From: an uncultured Pseudomonadota bacterium
Lineage (GTDB): Bacteria > Pseudomonadota > Gammaproteobacteria > Comchoanobacterales > Comchoanobacteraceae
DNA: 64,000 bases
Direction of reading: 5' to 3'
NCBI GenBank assembly: GCA_913020085.1
Contig: CAJVZW010000002.1
Span: forward strand, 6,225-70,224
The translations under genes were made by a program, and so were the position numbers. Below the pieces are notes generated by a model, which ran no database searches, was not told the DNA's origin, and saw nothing but the letters and a program-made list of their open reading frames with translations. This document shows, one piece after another, positions 28,628-38,133 of this stretch (positions within the stretch are counted from its first letter, which is position 1; each line of letters begins with the position of its first letter).

Positions 28628-29524
28628 ATGATCAAGGAAAAGATCTTATCATCACGTTCTGACCGTGATTCGTCATTTGACCCCACTCAAATCTATCTTA
28701 CTGATATCGGTTGTACTGATTTACTCGGTCCAGAAGAAGAGTTAGAGCTTGCAAGAAAAGTTGTACAAGGGTGTAGAAAGTCATATGAGCATATGATTCG
28801 CGCTAATTTACGACTTGTTGTTAAAATCGCAAGACGTTATTGCAACCGAGGCTTGGATTTTTCCGACCTGATAGAGGAAGGCAATCTTGGGCTTATGTAT
28901 GCTCTTGATAAATTTGATCCAGAAAGGGGTTTTAGGTTCTCAACATATGCAACTTGGTGGGTAAGGCAGTGTATTGAAAGAGCAATTATGAACCAAAGCC
29001 GAACCATTCGATTACCGATTCATGTGATCAAGGAGCTCAACACTTACTTACGCGCAACACAGGCAGTTGCCGATTCTACTGAAACAGTAGACCCGCATGG
29101 GAAAAATCTTGAAGGCATTTTTGATAAGTCAGCAGCTGAGATTGATGAGGTTTTGGGATACAAGAATGACGTCTCATCTCTTGATGTCGTTGTTTACGAT
29201 GATAACGAGACAACTTTATCTGAGACAGTGGCTGAGCAGATTACAAAAAATCCTGTTAAGCAGCTTGAGCAAGCTAATTTTGCGATGATTATTCAGCGAG
29301 CAGTTGAACAGCTCCCAGAACTTGAGCGAGATGTATTGATTCGTCGCTTTGGTCTCATGGGGCATGATGCGCAGACTCTTGAGAGAGTGGGTGCAGATCT
29401 TGATATGACACGTGAGAGAGTAAGACAGTGTCAACTGCGAGCGCTTAAGTTTATGAGAAAATGTCTGCAAGAGCAGGATTTAGATCGAGATGAGCTCGAT
29501 GTTTTCTCAGATGAACAAAAGTAA
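28628..29524 (+). CDS. rpoS: RNA polymerase sigma factor RpoS (start uncertain; the ORF opens at 28601)
   Basis: [79 protein letters not shown] is near-identical in pattern to RpoS regions 2 and 3. Its size, about 300 aa, also fits. Confidence 0.85.
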   Translation: MIKEKILSSRSDRDSSFDPTQIYLTDIGCTDLLGPEEELELARKVVQGCRKSYEHMIRANLRLVVKIARRYCNRGLDFSDLIEEGNLGLMYALDKFDPERGFRFSTYATWWVRQCIERAIMNQSRTIRLPIHVIKELNTYLRATQAVADSTETVDPHGKNLEGIFDKSAAEIDEVLGYKNDVSSLDVVVYDDNETTLSETVAEQITKNPVKQLEQANFAMIIQRAVEQLPELERDVLIRRFGLMGHDAQTLERVGADLDMTRERVRQCQLRALKFMRKCLQEQDLDRDELDVFSDEQK

Positions 29525-30011
29525 TTATTTTATTGGGGTGTCACTTGCAAACAACTCTGCTATCAGCAGAGCTGTTTCGCCCCTTATCTCTCAGCACAGT
29601 GCCGCAATCAGATGGCAATTGCCAGAAAAATGGCACCTTACTACTGTATTCTTTGCGGGGAGTTATCCTTCTGATCTAACAAGCCAATCATTTATTGATG
29701 TGGGTATCCCAACATTAAGCGTGCAGGGGCAAAAAATATATCATAGGAAAAATCAAGGCATTTTGACTATTAACTGTGCCAGTATAGAGATGTTCTTTTG
29801 GCATCGACGCATCTGTAATATCCTAAAAATCATACCAGCGGCCTTTGATCCGCATATTACAATTGCTCGAGGCCCTTTTGAACAGATTTCAGCAATTAGA
29901 TTACCAAATATAAATAGTCAGTTTCACTTTAATGAGCTGATTCTTTTTGAATCTACTCGTGACAATCAACAATTGTATAGAAAAATACTTACTTTTCGAC
30001 TTGAAAAATAG
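29511..30011 (+). CDS. thpR: RNA 2',3'-cyclic phosphodiesterase (2H phosphoesterase, ThpR/LigT family)
   Basis: Two H-x-T/S-x motifs are present: WHLTTVFF and PHITIARG. The ATG at 29511 overlaps the rpoS end by 14 nt. Confidence 0.7.
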   Translation: MNKSNYFIGVSLANNSAISRAVSPLISQHSAAIRWQLPEKWHLTTVFFAGSYPSDLTSQSFIDVGIPTLSVQGQKIYHRKNQGILTINCASIEMFFWHRRICNILKIIPAAFDPHITIARGPFEQISAIRLPNINSQFHFNELILFESTRDNQQLYRKILTFRLEK

Positions 30012-30057
30012 ATACTTGGCCCTATATTAAATTTAAGTTTAATGATAGGAGCTGATT

Positions 30058-31953
30058 ATGGCGGTAACAAAAACATTTCAAGCCGAAGTTAACCAAGTTC
30101 TTCAGTTAATTACTCACTCGATGTACTCAAAGCGAGAGATTTTTATCAGAGAATTAATTTCAAATGCGTCAGATGCAATTGAGAAAAGAAGTTTTCTTGG
30201 TCTGTCGGATGCAAAAGTGCTTGAGGGATTTGACAAGGGTGCAATTTATGTTGTGCCAGATGAGAAAGCAGGAACGATTACATTTAGTGATAATGGTATT
30301 GGGATGGATGAGTCAGATTTAGACGAAAATCTAGGTACCATTGCGCGTTCTGGGACAAAGGCATTTTTAGATGGAATAAAGCAAGCAAAAGATGAATCAG
30401 ATAAAACGGCGTTAATTGGTCAATTTGGGGTGGGTTTTTACTCCGCTTTTGTTGTAGCAGATAAAGTGACTGTTAGAACAAGAAAGGCGGGTCAGCCGGC
30501 TGATAAGGCACACCAATGGGTTTCTGACGGGGTGTCCAGCTATGAGGTTGAAGCCATTAGTAAAGAAACCGTTGGAACCGATGTCGTGCTTCATATCAAG
30601 GAAGATGCAAAAGAATTTCTTCAGGATTGGCAGTTAAGACAAAACATCACACGTTATTCAGATCATATTCGTGTTGCTGTGTATGTTCCGAATATCGTTC
30701 ATGAAGACGATAAAGAGAGTGATAAATCACAAGAGCCATTTGAGCAGGTTAACCAAGCAACTGCGCTTTGGACTCGAGAAAAAAATTCTATTACAGATGA
30801 GGAGTATGGAGAGTTTTATAAATACTTATCAAATGATTTCGATGGCCCAATGAATTGGATCCATAAGCAGGTGGAAGGAAACTATTCCTACACAATGTTA
30901 TTGTATTTTCCTAAACGTGCTCCTTTTGATATGTGGAATCGTGATCAAACGAAGGGCCTGAAACTATATGTCCAAAGAGTTTTTATTATGGATAATGTAG
31001 AGCAGTTTCTTCCTAATTATCTAAGATTTATTCGTGGAGTAATTGATTCAAGTGATTTGCCTCTTAATGTGTCACGTGAGCTTTTGCAAAGTAATCGGGT
31101 AATCGAGGTTATTAAACAGAGCGCTACAAAAAACATTCTTAATATGCTTGAGAAGAAATCATCTGACAAAGATCAATATAAAGATTTCTGGCAGCAATTT
31201 GGTAATGTTTTAAAAGAAGGGATCGGGGAAGACTTTCAGAATCAGGAAAAAATCCAAAAATTATTACGTTTTTCAAGTACCCATGATGAGACCGGAGTTC
31301 AGTCTCAGTCGCTTGAGGATTACGTAGCCCGGATGCCATCTGACCAAGAATCCATTTACTATGTTGTTGCAGATGGTTATCAAGCAGGCCTATACAGTCC
31401 CCATATGGAATATTTTAAACGTAAAGGGATTGAGGTCTTAGTGCTGACAGACCGCATTGATGAATGGATGATTACTCGTTTATCAAAATTTGGCGATAAA
31501 AACCTTACGTCCATTACTCAGGCAAAGATTGATGACAAGGATGATGAGCTAAAAGTCGATGAAAAGACACAGGAAGAGATGAAAGATATCCTGACACGCT
31601 TGAAGGAATATTATAACGATCGTGTCACCGATGTTGTGCTGACTAATAAGCTAACCCACTCGCCTTGCTGTGTTGTTGGTGAGAATCACGAGATGACACT
31701 GCACCTGCGTCGTGTACTAAAAGATGCGGGCCAGCCAGTTCCTGATTTTAAGCCGACATTAGAGCTTAATCCAAATCATGTTATGGTAAAGGCGCTAGCT
31801 GAGGAGCAATCGGATGAGAAGTTTGGTTTAATTGCCGATATCTTATTTGATCAAAGTATCTTGTCTGAGGGTGGTGAGCTATCCGAGCCAGGAAGGCTTG
31901 TAAAGAATTACAATGATTGGATAGCTGCGGAGCTTTCAAAGAATGCTGATTAG
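30058..31953 (+). CDS. htpG: molecular chaperone HtpG (Hsp90)
   Basis: FQAEVNQVLQLITHSMYSKREIFIRELISNASDA and GQFGVGFYSAF are present. The length is 631 aa. Confidence 0.96.
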   Translation: MAVTKTFQAEVNQVLQLITHSMYSKREIFIRELISNASDAIEKRSFLGLSDAKVLEGFDKGAIYVVPDEKAGTITFSDNGIGMDESDLDENLGTIARSGTKAFLDGIKQAKDESDKTALIGQFGVGFYSAFVVADKVTVRTRKAGQPADKAHQWVSDGVSSYEVEAISKETVGTDVVLHIKEDAKEFLQDWQLRQNITRYSDHIRVAVYVPNIVHEDDKESDKSQEPFEQVNQATALWTREKNSITDEEYGEFYKYLSNDFDGPMNWIHKQVEGNYSYTMLLYFPKRAPFDMWNRDQTKGLKLYVQRVFIMDNVEQFLPNYLRFIRGVIDSSDLPLNVSRELLQSNRVIEVIKQSATKNILNMLEKKSSDKDQYKDFWQQFGNVLKEGIGEDFQNQEKIQKLLRFSSTHDETGVQSQSLEDYVARMPSDQESIYYVVADGYQAGLYSPHMEYFKRKGIEVLVLTDRIDEWMITRLSKFGDKNLTSITQAKIDDKDDELKVDEKTQEEMKDILTRLKEYYNDRVTDVVLTNKLTHSPCCVVGENHEMTLHLRRVLKDAGQPVPDFKPTLELNPNHVMVKALAEEQSDEKFGLIADILFDQSILSEGGELSEPGRLVKNYNDWIAAELSKNAD

Positions 31954-32525
31954 TTAGCTATTGATGAAAGAGGATCATCATCATACGCTTTTTTGAGATT
32001 GATAAAATATGATGCCAATCTTGAAAAGTATGTGCAATGATCCTTATTCTTCATCATAAGTTCAATCAACTGGTCGACATAATCTTCTCTACCGAACTCA
32101 ATTAATGCTTTCCCAGATGATTTAATTTCTTGTAATGAGCTATTATTCACAGAATACTGGATGCTTTGTGTATGCTGAATGACATTGAGAATGTGCTTGT
32201 TGCAAAATGATTTTTCATGAACAACAGAATTGCCAATAACAGTATACTCATTTAAAGTCTCCTGCATCGTTCTAATAAATAGATTGAGGCCTGCGTGTTT
32301 TTTATTGTTTTCAGACAGAAACTCTGCCAGCTTGCCAGTCAGGTCATGACATGTATCAAAGAGCTGTTGGTCACTCATACTTTTTGTTTGTTTGCGAGTA
32401 ATGTTGAGAGTGTTTAGATTAAGTTCGCTTCTAATTTTTGGGGAGAGGTTACTTCGGTAAGCCCTTTTAAATTCGTTTAGTTTTAGTGATAATTGAACAC
32501 GAAAATGACTTTTGTCGCTCATCAT
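31950..32525 (-). CDS. hypothetical protein (191 aa, orphan)
   Basis: It is a clean ORF with no TM helices or signal peptide and is predicted helical. I recognise no family. It overlaps the htpG stop by 4 nt in a convergent arrangement. Confidence 0.45.
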   Translation of the reverse strand: MMSDKSHFRVQLSLKLNEFKRAYRSNLSPKIRSELNLNTLNITRKQTKSMSDQQLFDTCHDLTGKLAEFLSENNKKHAGLNLFIRTMQETLNEYTVIGNSVVHEKSFCNKHILNVIQHTQSIQYSVNNSSLQEIKSSGKALIEFGREDYVDQLIELMMKNKDHCTYFSRLASYFINLKKAYDDDPLSSIAN

Positions 32526-32581
32526 TTCTCCTTAGTTTTTTTGTATTCTAAGAGTACAATGTTAATTTCTAATTAAATGAT

Positions 32582-32803
32582 TTACAAATCTTTCAGTTTT
32601 TTGATTAGTGTGACCCGGGAGATTCCCAATATCTTGGCAGCTTGTGATCGGTTATTATCTGTTTTTTGCAAAACAGTTTTGATTAGGTGCTGCTCAGTAA
32701 GCCCAAGAATATCATGATAGATGTTCTGGGAGAACTGAGTGCCTTGAAGATCAATATATCTCTCAACAGCAGATTTTATGGCAGATTTCAAATCCATTGA
32801 CAT
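32582..32803 (-). CDS. fis: Fis-family DNA-binding protein (short form; start uncertain)
   Basis: The C-terminal HTH reads NRSQAAKILGISRVTLIKKLKDL, preceded by the typical LTEQHLIKTVLQKT. The track ORF extends to 32917, but that would abut the divergent gene. Confidence 0.65.
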   Translation of the reverse strand: MSMDLKSAIKSAVERYIDLQGTQFSQNIYHDILGLTEQHLIKTVLQKTDNNRSQAAKILGISRVTLIKKLKDL

Positions 32804-32925
32804 AGACAGCTTGAGGGTAAAATTATATTTATAATGTATTTTCTTTAATTTTTCAAAGTATTTTTTTGTTTTTCGTGATACAATTGTTGCTGAAAATTTC
32901 ATGTAACGTACGTTCACAGCTGCTT

Positions 32926-33540
32926 ATGGGTAACTCATTAAGAAAATTATTTGCCACCGGGATTTTATTTTGGCTCCCGATTTTAATTACATATCTCGTA
33001 CTGAGCTTTCTATATAGAATGTTAACGCGAATTGTTTATTTTGAGCCATTCAGATCACTAACTGAGGGCATGAGTGTAGAAGTTGCTAGCATCATTGCTG
33101 TGATTTTAATTATTGTATTGATCGTTGCTACTGGATTACTGGTAACCAACTATTTCGGGAGAAACCTTGTCGGTTGGATTGAGATGACTTTGAAGCGATT
33201 GCCACTGGTGTCATCGATTTACACAACAGTCAAGAACAGTCTCGAAATGATTTTCAGTGAACAAAGCAAATCGTTTAGAGAGGTTGTGTTAGTGCGTTTT
33301 CCTAGCTATGAATCGTGGTCAGTAGGATTTGTAACTAATACGGATGATAAGGGGTGTTTAACAGTTTTTGTCCCAACAACACCAAACCCTACATCAGGGT
33401 ATATTTTGTTTGTCCCTAGAGAAAAAGCAGTCCCGTTAGACATGTCTATTGATGAAGCTTTAAAATTTGTAATATCCCTTGGAACTGGATCAAATGTTCC
33501 ACTATCAAACCTCATACCAGATGAAAAGCGAGATAAATAA
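32926..33540 (+). CDS. DUF502-domain membrane protein
   Basis: LRKLFATGILFWLPILITYLVL followed by a second TM helix and ...TPNPTSGYILFVP matches the DUF502 pattern. The ATG is at 32926. Confidence 0.65.
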   Translation: MGNSLRKLFATGILFWLPILITYLVLSFLYRMLTRIVYFEPFRSLTEGMSVEVASIIAVILIIVLIVATGLLVTNYFGRNLVGWIEMTLKRLPLVSSIYTTVKNSLEMIFSEQSKSFREVVLVRFPSYESWSVGFVTNTDDKGCLTVFVPTTPNPTSGYILFVPREKAVPLDMSIDEALKFVISLGTGSNVPLSNLIPDEKRDK

Positions 33541-35303
33541 TGAGAGAGATGTATTGTTCACAAGTTTCAACGGCATTGGTTGGAAAGTCAGTAAGAATAT
33601 GTGGATGGGTTCACCATCATAGAGATCACGGAGGGGTGATATTTATTGATTTGTGGGATCATACCGGCATTGTTCAGGTTGTTATCAATCCCGAGCATAG
33701 CGTGTTTGCAGAAGCTGAGCAGCTGCGAAAAGAATCAGTAATTGGTATTGTTGGAAGTGTAAGAAAACGACCTGATGGCACAATAAATGCTGAATTAGCC
33801 ACTGGTGAAATTGAGGTTGTAGTTGAGCAACTTGAGATTTATAACATCAGCGAGCCACTGCCCTTTACACGTGATGATATTCATAAAATAAGTGAAGAAG
33901 TTCGTTATCGTTACCGTTATCTTGATTTAAGAGCAGATAAGATGCAGCATAATCTTAGATTGCGTTCTGCATTAAACCAGTATTTGAGAAATTTTTTAAG
34001 TGATCAGCGCTTTATCGAGGTAGAAACCCCGATTCTTACAAAAGCAACACCAGAGGGTGCTCGGGATTATATTGTCCCCAGCCGTGTTCAGCCTGGAAAG
34101 TGTTTTGCCTTGCCACAATCACCACAAACTTTTAAGCAGCTACTGATGGTTGCCGGGATGGATCGATATTTTCAGATTGCTCGTTGCTTTAGAGATGAGG
34201 ATCTGCGTTCTGATCGCCAGCCTGAGTTCACGCAGCTTGATCTTGAGATGGCCTTTGTCGATGAAAAACAGGTGATGGATCTTGCTCAAGATATGATTTG
34301 TGGGCTTTTTGATTCCTTGATCGATGTAAAATTGCCATCATTTCCTATTTATAGTTATGATGAGCTAATACAAACCACAGGATCTGATCGGCCGGATCTA
34401 AGAAACCCATTACGCTTTGTTGAAATCAAAGACCAGGTCGCTGATGGTCCATTTAAAGTTTTCTCTGATGCTGCAAAATCAAAAGGCTCACGAGTAGTTG
34501 CTATGCTTGTGCCTGGCGCTGCTTCATTGACTCGAAGTCAGATTGATGAGTATACAAAGTTTGTCGGTCGTTATGGGGCCAAGGGGCTTGCTTACATCAA
34601 AGTAAATGATATATCAAAAGGAATTGATGGGTTACAGTCTCCGATTATTAAGTTTTTAGGGGATGAAACCACCATGGCGATTATGGATAAAGTAAACGCC
34701 AATTCAGGTGATATGGTATTCTTTGGCGCAGGTTCTGATCGTGTAGTCAATGATTCAATGTCAAATCTTAGAGAGAAATTAGGCCGAGATCTCTCATTGC
34801 TTGAGGGAGACTGGTCATGTTTTTGGGTATGCGATTTTCCAATGTTTGAATCGGTCAATGATCAATCTGGTACCCGTAGACATTGTGTGCATCACCCATT
34901 TACTCAGCCAAGGAAAGATCATCAAGATCCTGACCAGTGGCATTCTAGGTCTTATGATATGGTAATTAATGGACATGAAGTAGGTGGCGGTTCTATCCGT
35001 ATCCATCGTTATGAGGAGCAGATTGAAATCTTTAAGCTTCTTGGTATGAGTGAGCAGACATGCCATGATCAATTTCCACATTTACTATCGGCATTAAAAT
35101 TAGGGGCGCCGCCACATGGTGGGTTAGCTTTTGGAATTGATCGGTTGGTAATGATTATGCTGGGCGCCTCGTCTATTCGAGACACCATAGCGTTTCCAAA
35201 GACTCAGTCGGCTGTATGTCCACTAACACTGGCTCCCTCAGAGATAGAGATCCAGGCACAAATAGACTTAGGAATTACTGTTAGTAAAAGTGAGAAAAGC
35301 TAA
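33540..35303 (+). CDS. aspS: aspartate--tRNA ligase
   Basis: 587 aa. [27 protein letters not shown] is class II motif 2, and [13 protein letters not shown] is motif 3. Confidence 0.96.
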   Translation: MREMYCSQVSTALVGKSVRICGWVHHHRDHGGVIFIDLWDHTGIVQVVINPEHSVFAEAEQLRKESVIGIVGSVRKRPDGTINAELATGEIEVVVEQLEIYNISEPLPFTRDDIHKISEEVRYRYRYLDLRADKMQHNLRLRSALNQYLRNFLSDQRFIEVETPILTKATPEGARDYIVPSRVQPGKCFALPQSPQTFKQLLMVAGMDRYFQIARCFRDEDLRSDRQPEFTQLDLEMAFVDEKQVMDLAQDMICGLFDSLIDVKLPSFPIYSYDELIQTTGSDRPDLRNPLRFVEIKDQVADGPFKVFSDAAKSKGSRVVAMLVPGAASLTRSQIDEYTKFVGRYGAKGLAYIKVNDISKGIDGLQSPIIKFLGDETTMAIMDKVNANSGDMVFFGAGSDRVVNDSMSNLREKLGRDLSLLEGDWSCFWVCDFPMFESVNDQSGTRRHCVHHPFTQPRKDHQDPDQWHSRSYDMVINGHEVGGGSIRIHRYEEQIEIFKLLGMSEQTCHDQFPHLLSALKLGAPPHGGLAFGIDRLVMIMLGASSIRDTIAFPKTQSAVCPLTLAPSEIEIQAQIDLGITVSKSEKS

Positions 35304-36049
35304 TGGCGGGACACAGTAAATGGGCCAATATTCGTTTTAGAAAAGGGGCGCAAGATGCTAAAAGAGGAAAAATATTCACGAAACTGGTAAGGGAAATCAC
35401 ACAGGCTGCTCGTGAGGGTGGCCCCGATCTTGAGACCAATCCTAAATTGCGACTAGCAACCGATAAGGCGCTAAAAGCCAATATGACTAAAGATAGTATT
35501 CAGCGGGCAGTTGCTAAGGGAGCAGGCACACAAGATGGTGTTGATTATATGGAACTTGTCTATGAGGGTTATGCGCCTGGTGGTGTCGCTGTTATGGTTA
35601 CTTGTCTTACTGATAATAAAAATCGTACTGTAGCAGAAGTGAGGCACGCTTTTTCAAAACATGGGGGTGCATTGGGCACAGATGGCTCTGTGGCTTATAT
35701 GTTTAATCGTACCGGTGTCATTGAAGTAGAGACTGATATGGATGAAGAGCAGGCCTTTGATCAGTTTATTGAGCTGGGTGCAAATGATGTTGAGGCAACT
35801 GAAGATGGTTATAAGCTTGAAGTTAGCCCTGGTGAGCTGCACCAGATCCATCAGCAAATTATCGAATTAAAGCATAATATAATAAGCGCGGAAAATACCT
35901 ATCTGCCAGAGCAGGTTGTAAATATTGAGTCATTAGAGCAGGCGGAGAAACTAATCAAATTTATTGATGTGCTAGAAGACCTTGATGATGTTCAAAATGT
36001 CTACGCAAATTACGAAATAGAGCAATCTTTACTTGAAAAGCTGTCATAA
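35303..36049 (+). CDS. yebC: YebC/PmpR-family transcriptional regulator
   Basis: The [29 protein letters not shown]-terminus is diagnostic. It sits upstream of ruvCAB. Confidence 0.92.
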   Translation: MAGHSKWANIRFRKGAQDAKRGKIFTKLVREITQAAREGGPDLETNPKLRLATDKALKANMTKDSIQRAVAKGAGTQDGVDYMELVYEGYAPGGVAVMVTCLTDNKNRTVAEVRHAFSKHGGALGTDGSVAYMFNRTGVIEVETDMDEEQAFDQFIELGANDVEATEDGYKLEVSPGELHQIHQQIIELKHNIISAENTYLPEQVVNIESLEQAEKLIKFIDVLEDLDDVQNVYANYEIEQSLLEKLS

Positions 36050-36085
36050 CTGAGCATAAAATAGGAAGTTGATTTAGGATTATGC

Positions 36086-36556
36086 ATGAGAGTACTGGGG
36101 ATCGATCCTGGCTCCAGGGTCGCTGGATTTGCTCTACTTGACCATATGGAAGGCAAAATATCATATGTTGAGTCGGGAGTGATTCGCTTGAAAGGAGAGT
36201 TGGATACTCGTTTGCACCAACTGGCCACCGCGCTTGAGCAAATCATACATGATAATCAGCCACATTGTGCAGCCATTGAAACAGCTTTTATGCACCGTAA
36301 CGTCAAATCACTAATGGTACTGTGTCATGCGCGTGGCGTAGCGATACAAACAATTATCAAGCATCAAATTTCAATTACCCACTATGAGCCTAGGCGTGTA
36401 AAAATGACAGTAGCCGGGTATGGTGCTGCAAGTAAAAGTCAAGTAGGGTATATGATACAAACAATGCTCGGATTGCCTTCACCGCTGGCAGAAGATGCTT
36501 CTGACGCGGCTGCTATTGCGATAACACATATTCAAAACCTAAAGGTGAACGCATGA
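36086..36556 (+). CDS. ruvC: crossover junction endodeoxyribonuclease RuvC
   Basis: MRVLGIDPGSRVAGFALL is present, along with the C-terminal acidic DASDAAAIAITH segment. Confidence 0.92.
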   Translation: MRVLGIDPGSRVAGFALLDHMEGKISYVESGVIRLKGELDTRLHQLATALEQIIHDNQPHCAAIETAFMHRNVKSLMVLCHARGVAIQTIIKHQISITHYEPRRVKMTVAGYGAASKSQVGYMIQTMLGLPSPLAEDASDAAAIAITHIQNLKVNA

Positions 36557-37119
36557 TTGCTTATTTAGAGGGAGATGTCATCTCAAATCAAGATCCACTG
36601 ATTATTAAAACAAAGCAAGGTGTCGGATATGCGATTTACCTGGCTACTCAAGATTATGATCAGTTTGTGCTTGGTTCTGCGTATAAGGGTTTTATTTATT
36701 GTCATGTGAAAGAAGACGAGATGACTCTATATGCATTTGATCAGCTATCTGCCAGAGAACTTTTTATCACACTAATCTCTGTGTCTGGAGTGGGGCCGAA
36801 GCTGGCTTTAATGCTGATGCGATCAAGATCTCAGGAGCAAATCAAAGCGGCAATCTCACAGCAGAATCTTGATGTTTTTTCAGGAATTAAAGGTCTTGGG
36901 AAGAAAACAATCGCAAAATTAGTACTTATGCTACAAGATAAAATAGAGCCAGTGATTAATGTTGATCTAGGTAGCAATCAGGCATTTGATAGTGATGCAA
37001 AGATGGCATTGATCAAGTTAGGATATCAGGAGCAAAAGGTTATCGAGGTACTCAAACGAATGAGTCCATGTGACACTGCACAAACTATACGCCAAGCATT
37101 GGCTGAATTATCGGAGTAA
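36553..37119 (+). CDS. ruvA: Holliday junction branch migration complex subunit RuvA
   Basis: LISVSGVGPKLAL is the HhH motif. The length is 188 aa and the start overlaps the ruvC stop. Confidence 0.9.
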   Translation: MIAYLEGDVISNQDPLIIKTKQGVGYAIYLATQDYDQFVLGSAYKGFIYCHVKEDEMTLYAFDQLSARELFITLISVSGVGPKLALMLMRSRSQEQIKAAISQQNLDVFSGIKGLGKKTIAKLVLMLQDKIEPVINVDLGSNQAFDSDAKMALIKLGYQEQKVIEVLKRMSPCDTAQTIRQALAELSE

Positions 37120-37122
37120 CTT

Positions 37123-38109
37123 ATGATAGAGAAAGATCGTGTACTTGGCCCTGATTTAGTGAGTGATGATGTCAGTGACGCTGGGATCAGGCCACTCAGT
37201 CTTGCTGATTATCATGGTCAATCAAGTGCATGTGAGCAGATTCAGGTAGCAATTAGAGCAGCACTTTCAAGAGGAGAGACATTAGATCATTTACTTATCT
37301 TTGGTCCACCTGGCTTGGGGAAAACAACGCTAGCACGTATCATTGCGAATGAAATGGGCGCACAGTATCGTCAAACCTCGGGACCAATTCTAGATAAAGC
37401 AGGTGACTTGGCTGCGATACTAACCAATTTGGGTCCCTCAGACGTTTTGTTTATCGATGAAATTCATCGACTCAGTCCAACCATTGAAGAGATTTTATAT
37501 CCTGCAATGGAGGACAATCAACTTGATATTATGATTGGTGAGGGCCCCGCTGCTCGGTCTGTAAAAATTGATTTACCCAAATTTACATTAGTAGGAGCAA
37601 CAACGCGTGCCAATCTACTCACTTCGCCATTAAGAGACCGATTTGGGATTGTCTTGAGGTTAAATTACTACTCATCTCAGGAGCTTTCTCACATCATTGC
37701 GCGCTCGGCAACTATTTTAGAAATTGGACTTGATCCACAGGCAGCACACGAAATAGCTAGAAGGGCCAGAGGGACTCCGCGTATTGCAAATAGACTATTG
37801 CGTCGGGTGAGAGACTATGCTCAAGTTCAAAATTCTGATGTGATTACTGTTGATATTGCGGACCATGCATTGAGTCAGTTAGGGATCAACAAAGCGGGTC
37901 TTGATGAGCTGGATCAAAGGCTACTGAGCATTATTAAAGATCAGTTTAAAGGTGGGCCAGTTGGAATTGACACGCTAGCAGCAGTGATGGGCGAAGATAG
38001 AGGAACAATAGAAGATATAATAGAGCCATTTTTGATTCAGAATGGCCACTTAGTGCGTTCCCCGAGAGGGAGAATCCTCCCGGAGAAATTAGCCATTATT
38101 AGCGATTAA
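37123..38109 (+). CDS. ruvB: Holliday junction branch migration DNA helicase RuvB
   Basis: Walker A is [11 protein letters not shown] and Walker B is [25 protein letters not shown] is also present. Confidence 0.96.
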   Translation: MIEKDRVLGPDLVSDDVSDAGIRPLSLADYHGQSSACEQIQVAIRAALSRGETLDHLLIFGPPGLGKTTLARIIANEMGAQYRQTSGPILDKAGDLAAILTNLGPSDVLFIDEIHRLSPTIEEILYPAMEDNQLDIMIGEGPAARSVKIDLPKFTLVGATTRANLLTSPLRDRFGIVLRLNYYSSQELSHIIARSATILEIGLDPQAAHEIARRARGTPRIANRLLRRVRDYAQVQNSDVITVDIADHALSQLGINKAGLDELDQRLLSIIKDQFKGGPVGIDTLAAVMGEDRGTIEDIIEPFLIQNGHLVRSPRGRILPEKLAIISD

Positions 38110-38133
38110 ATTACTAGTACTTATTCATAAATA

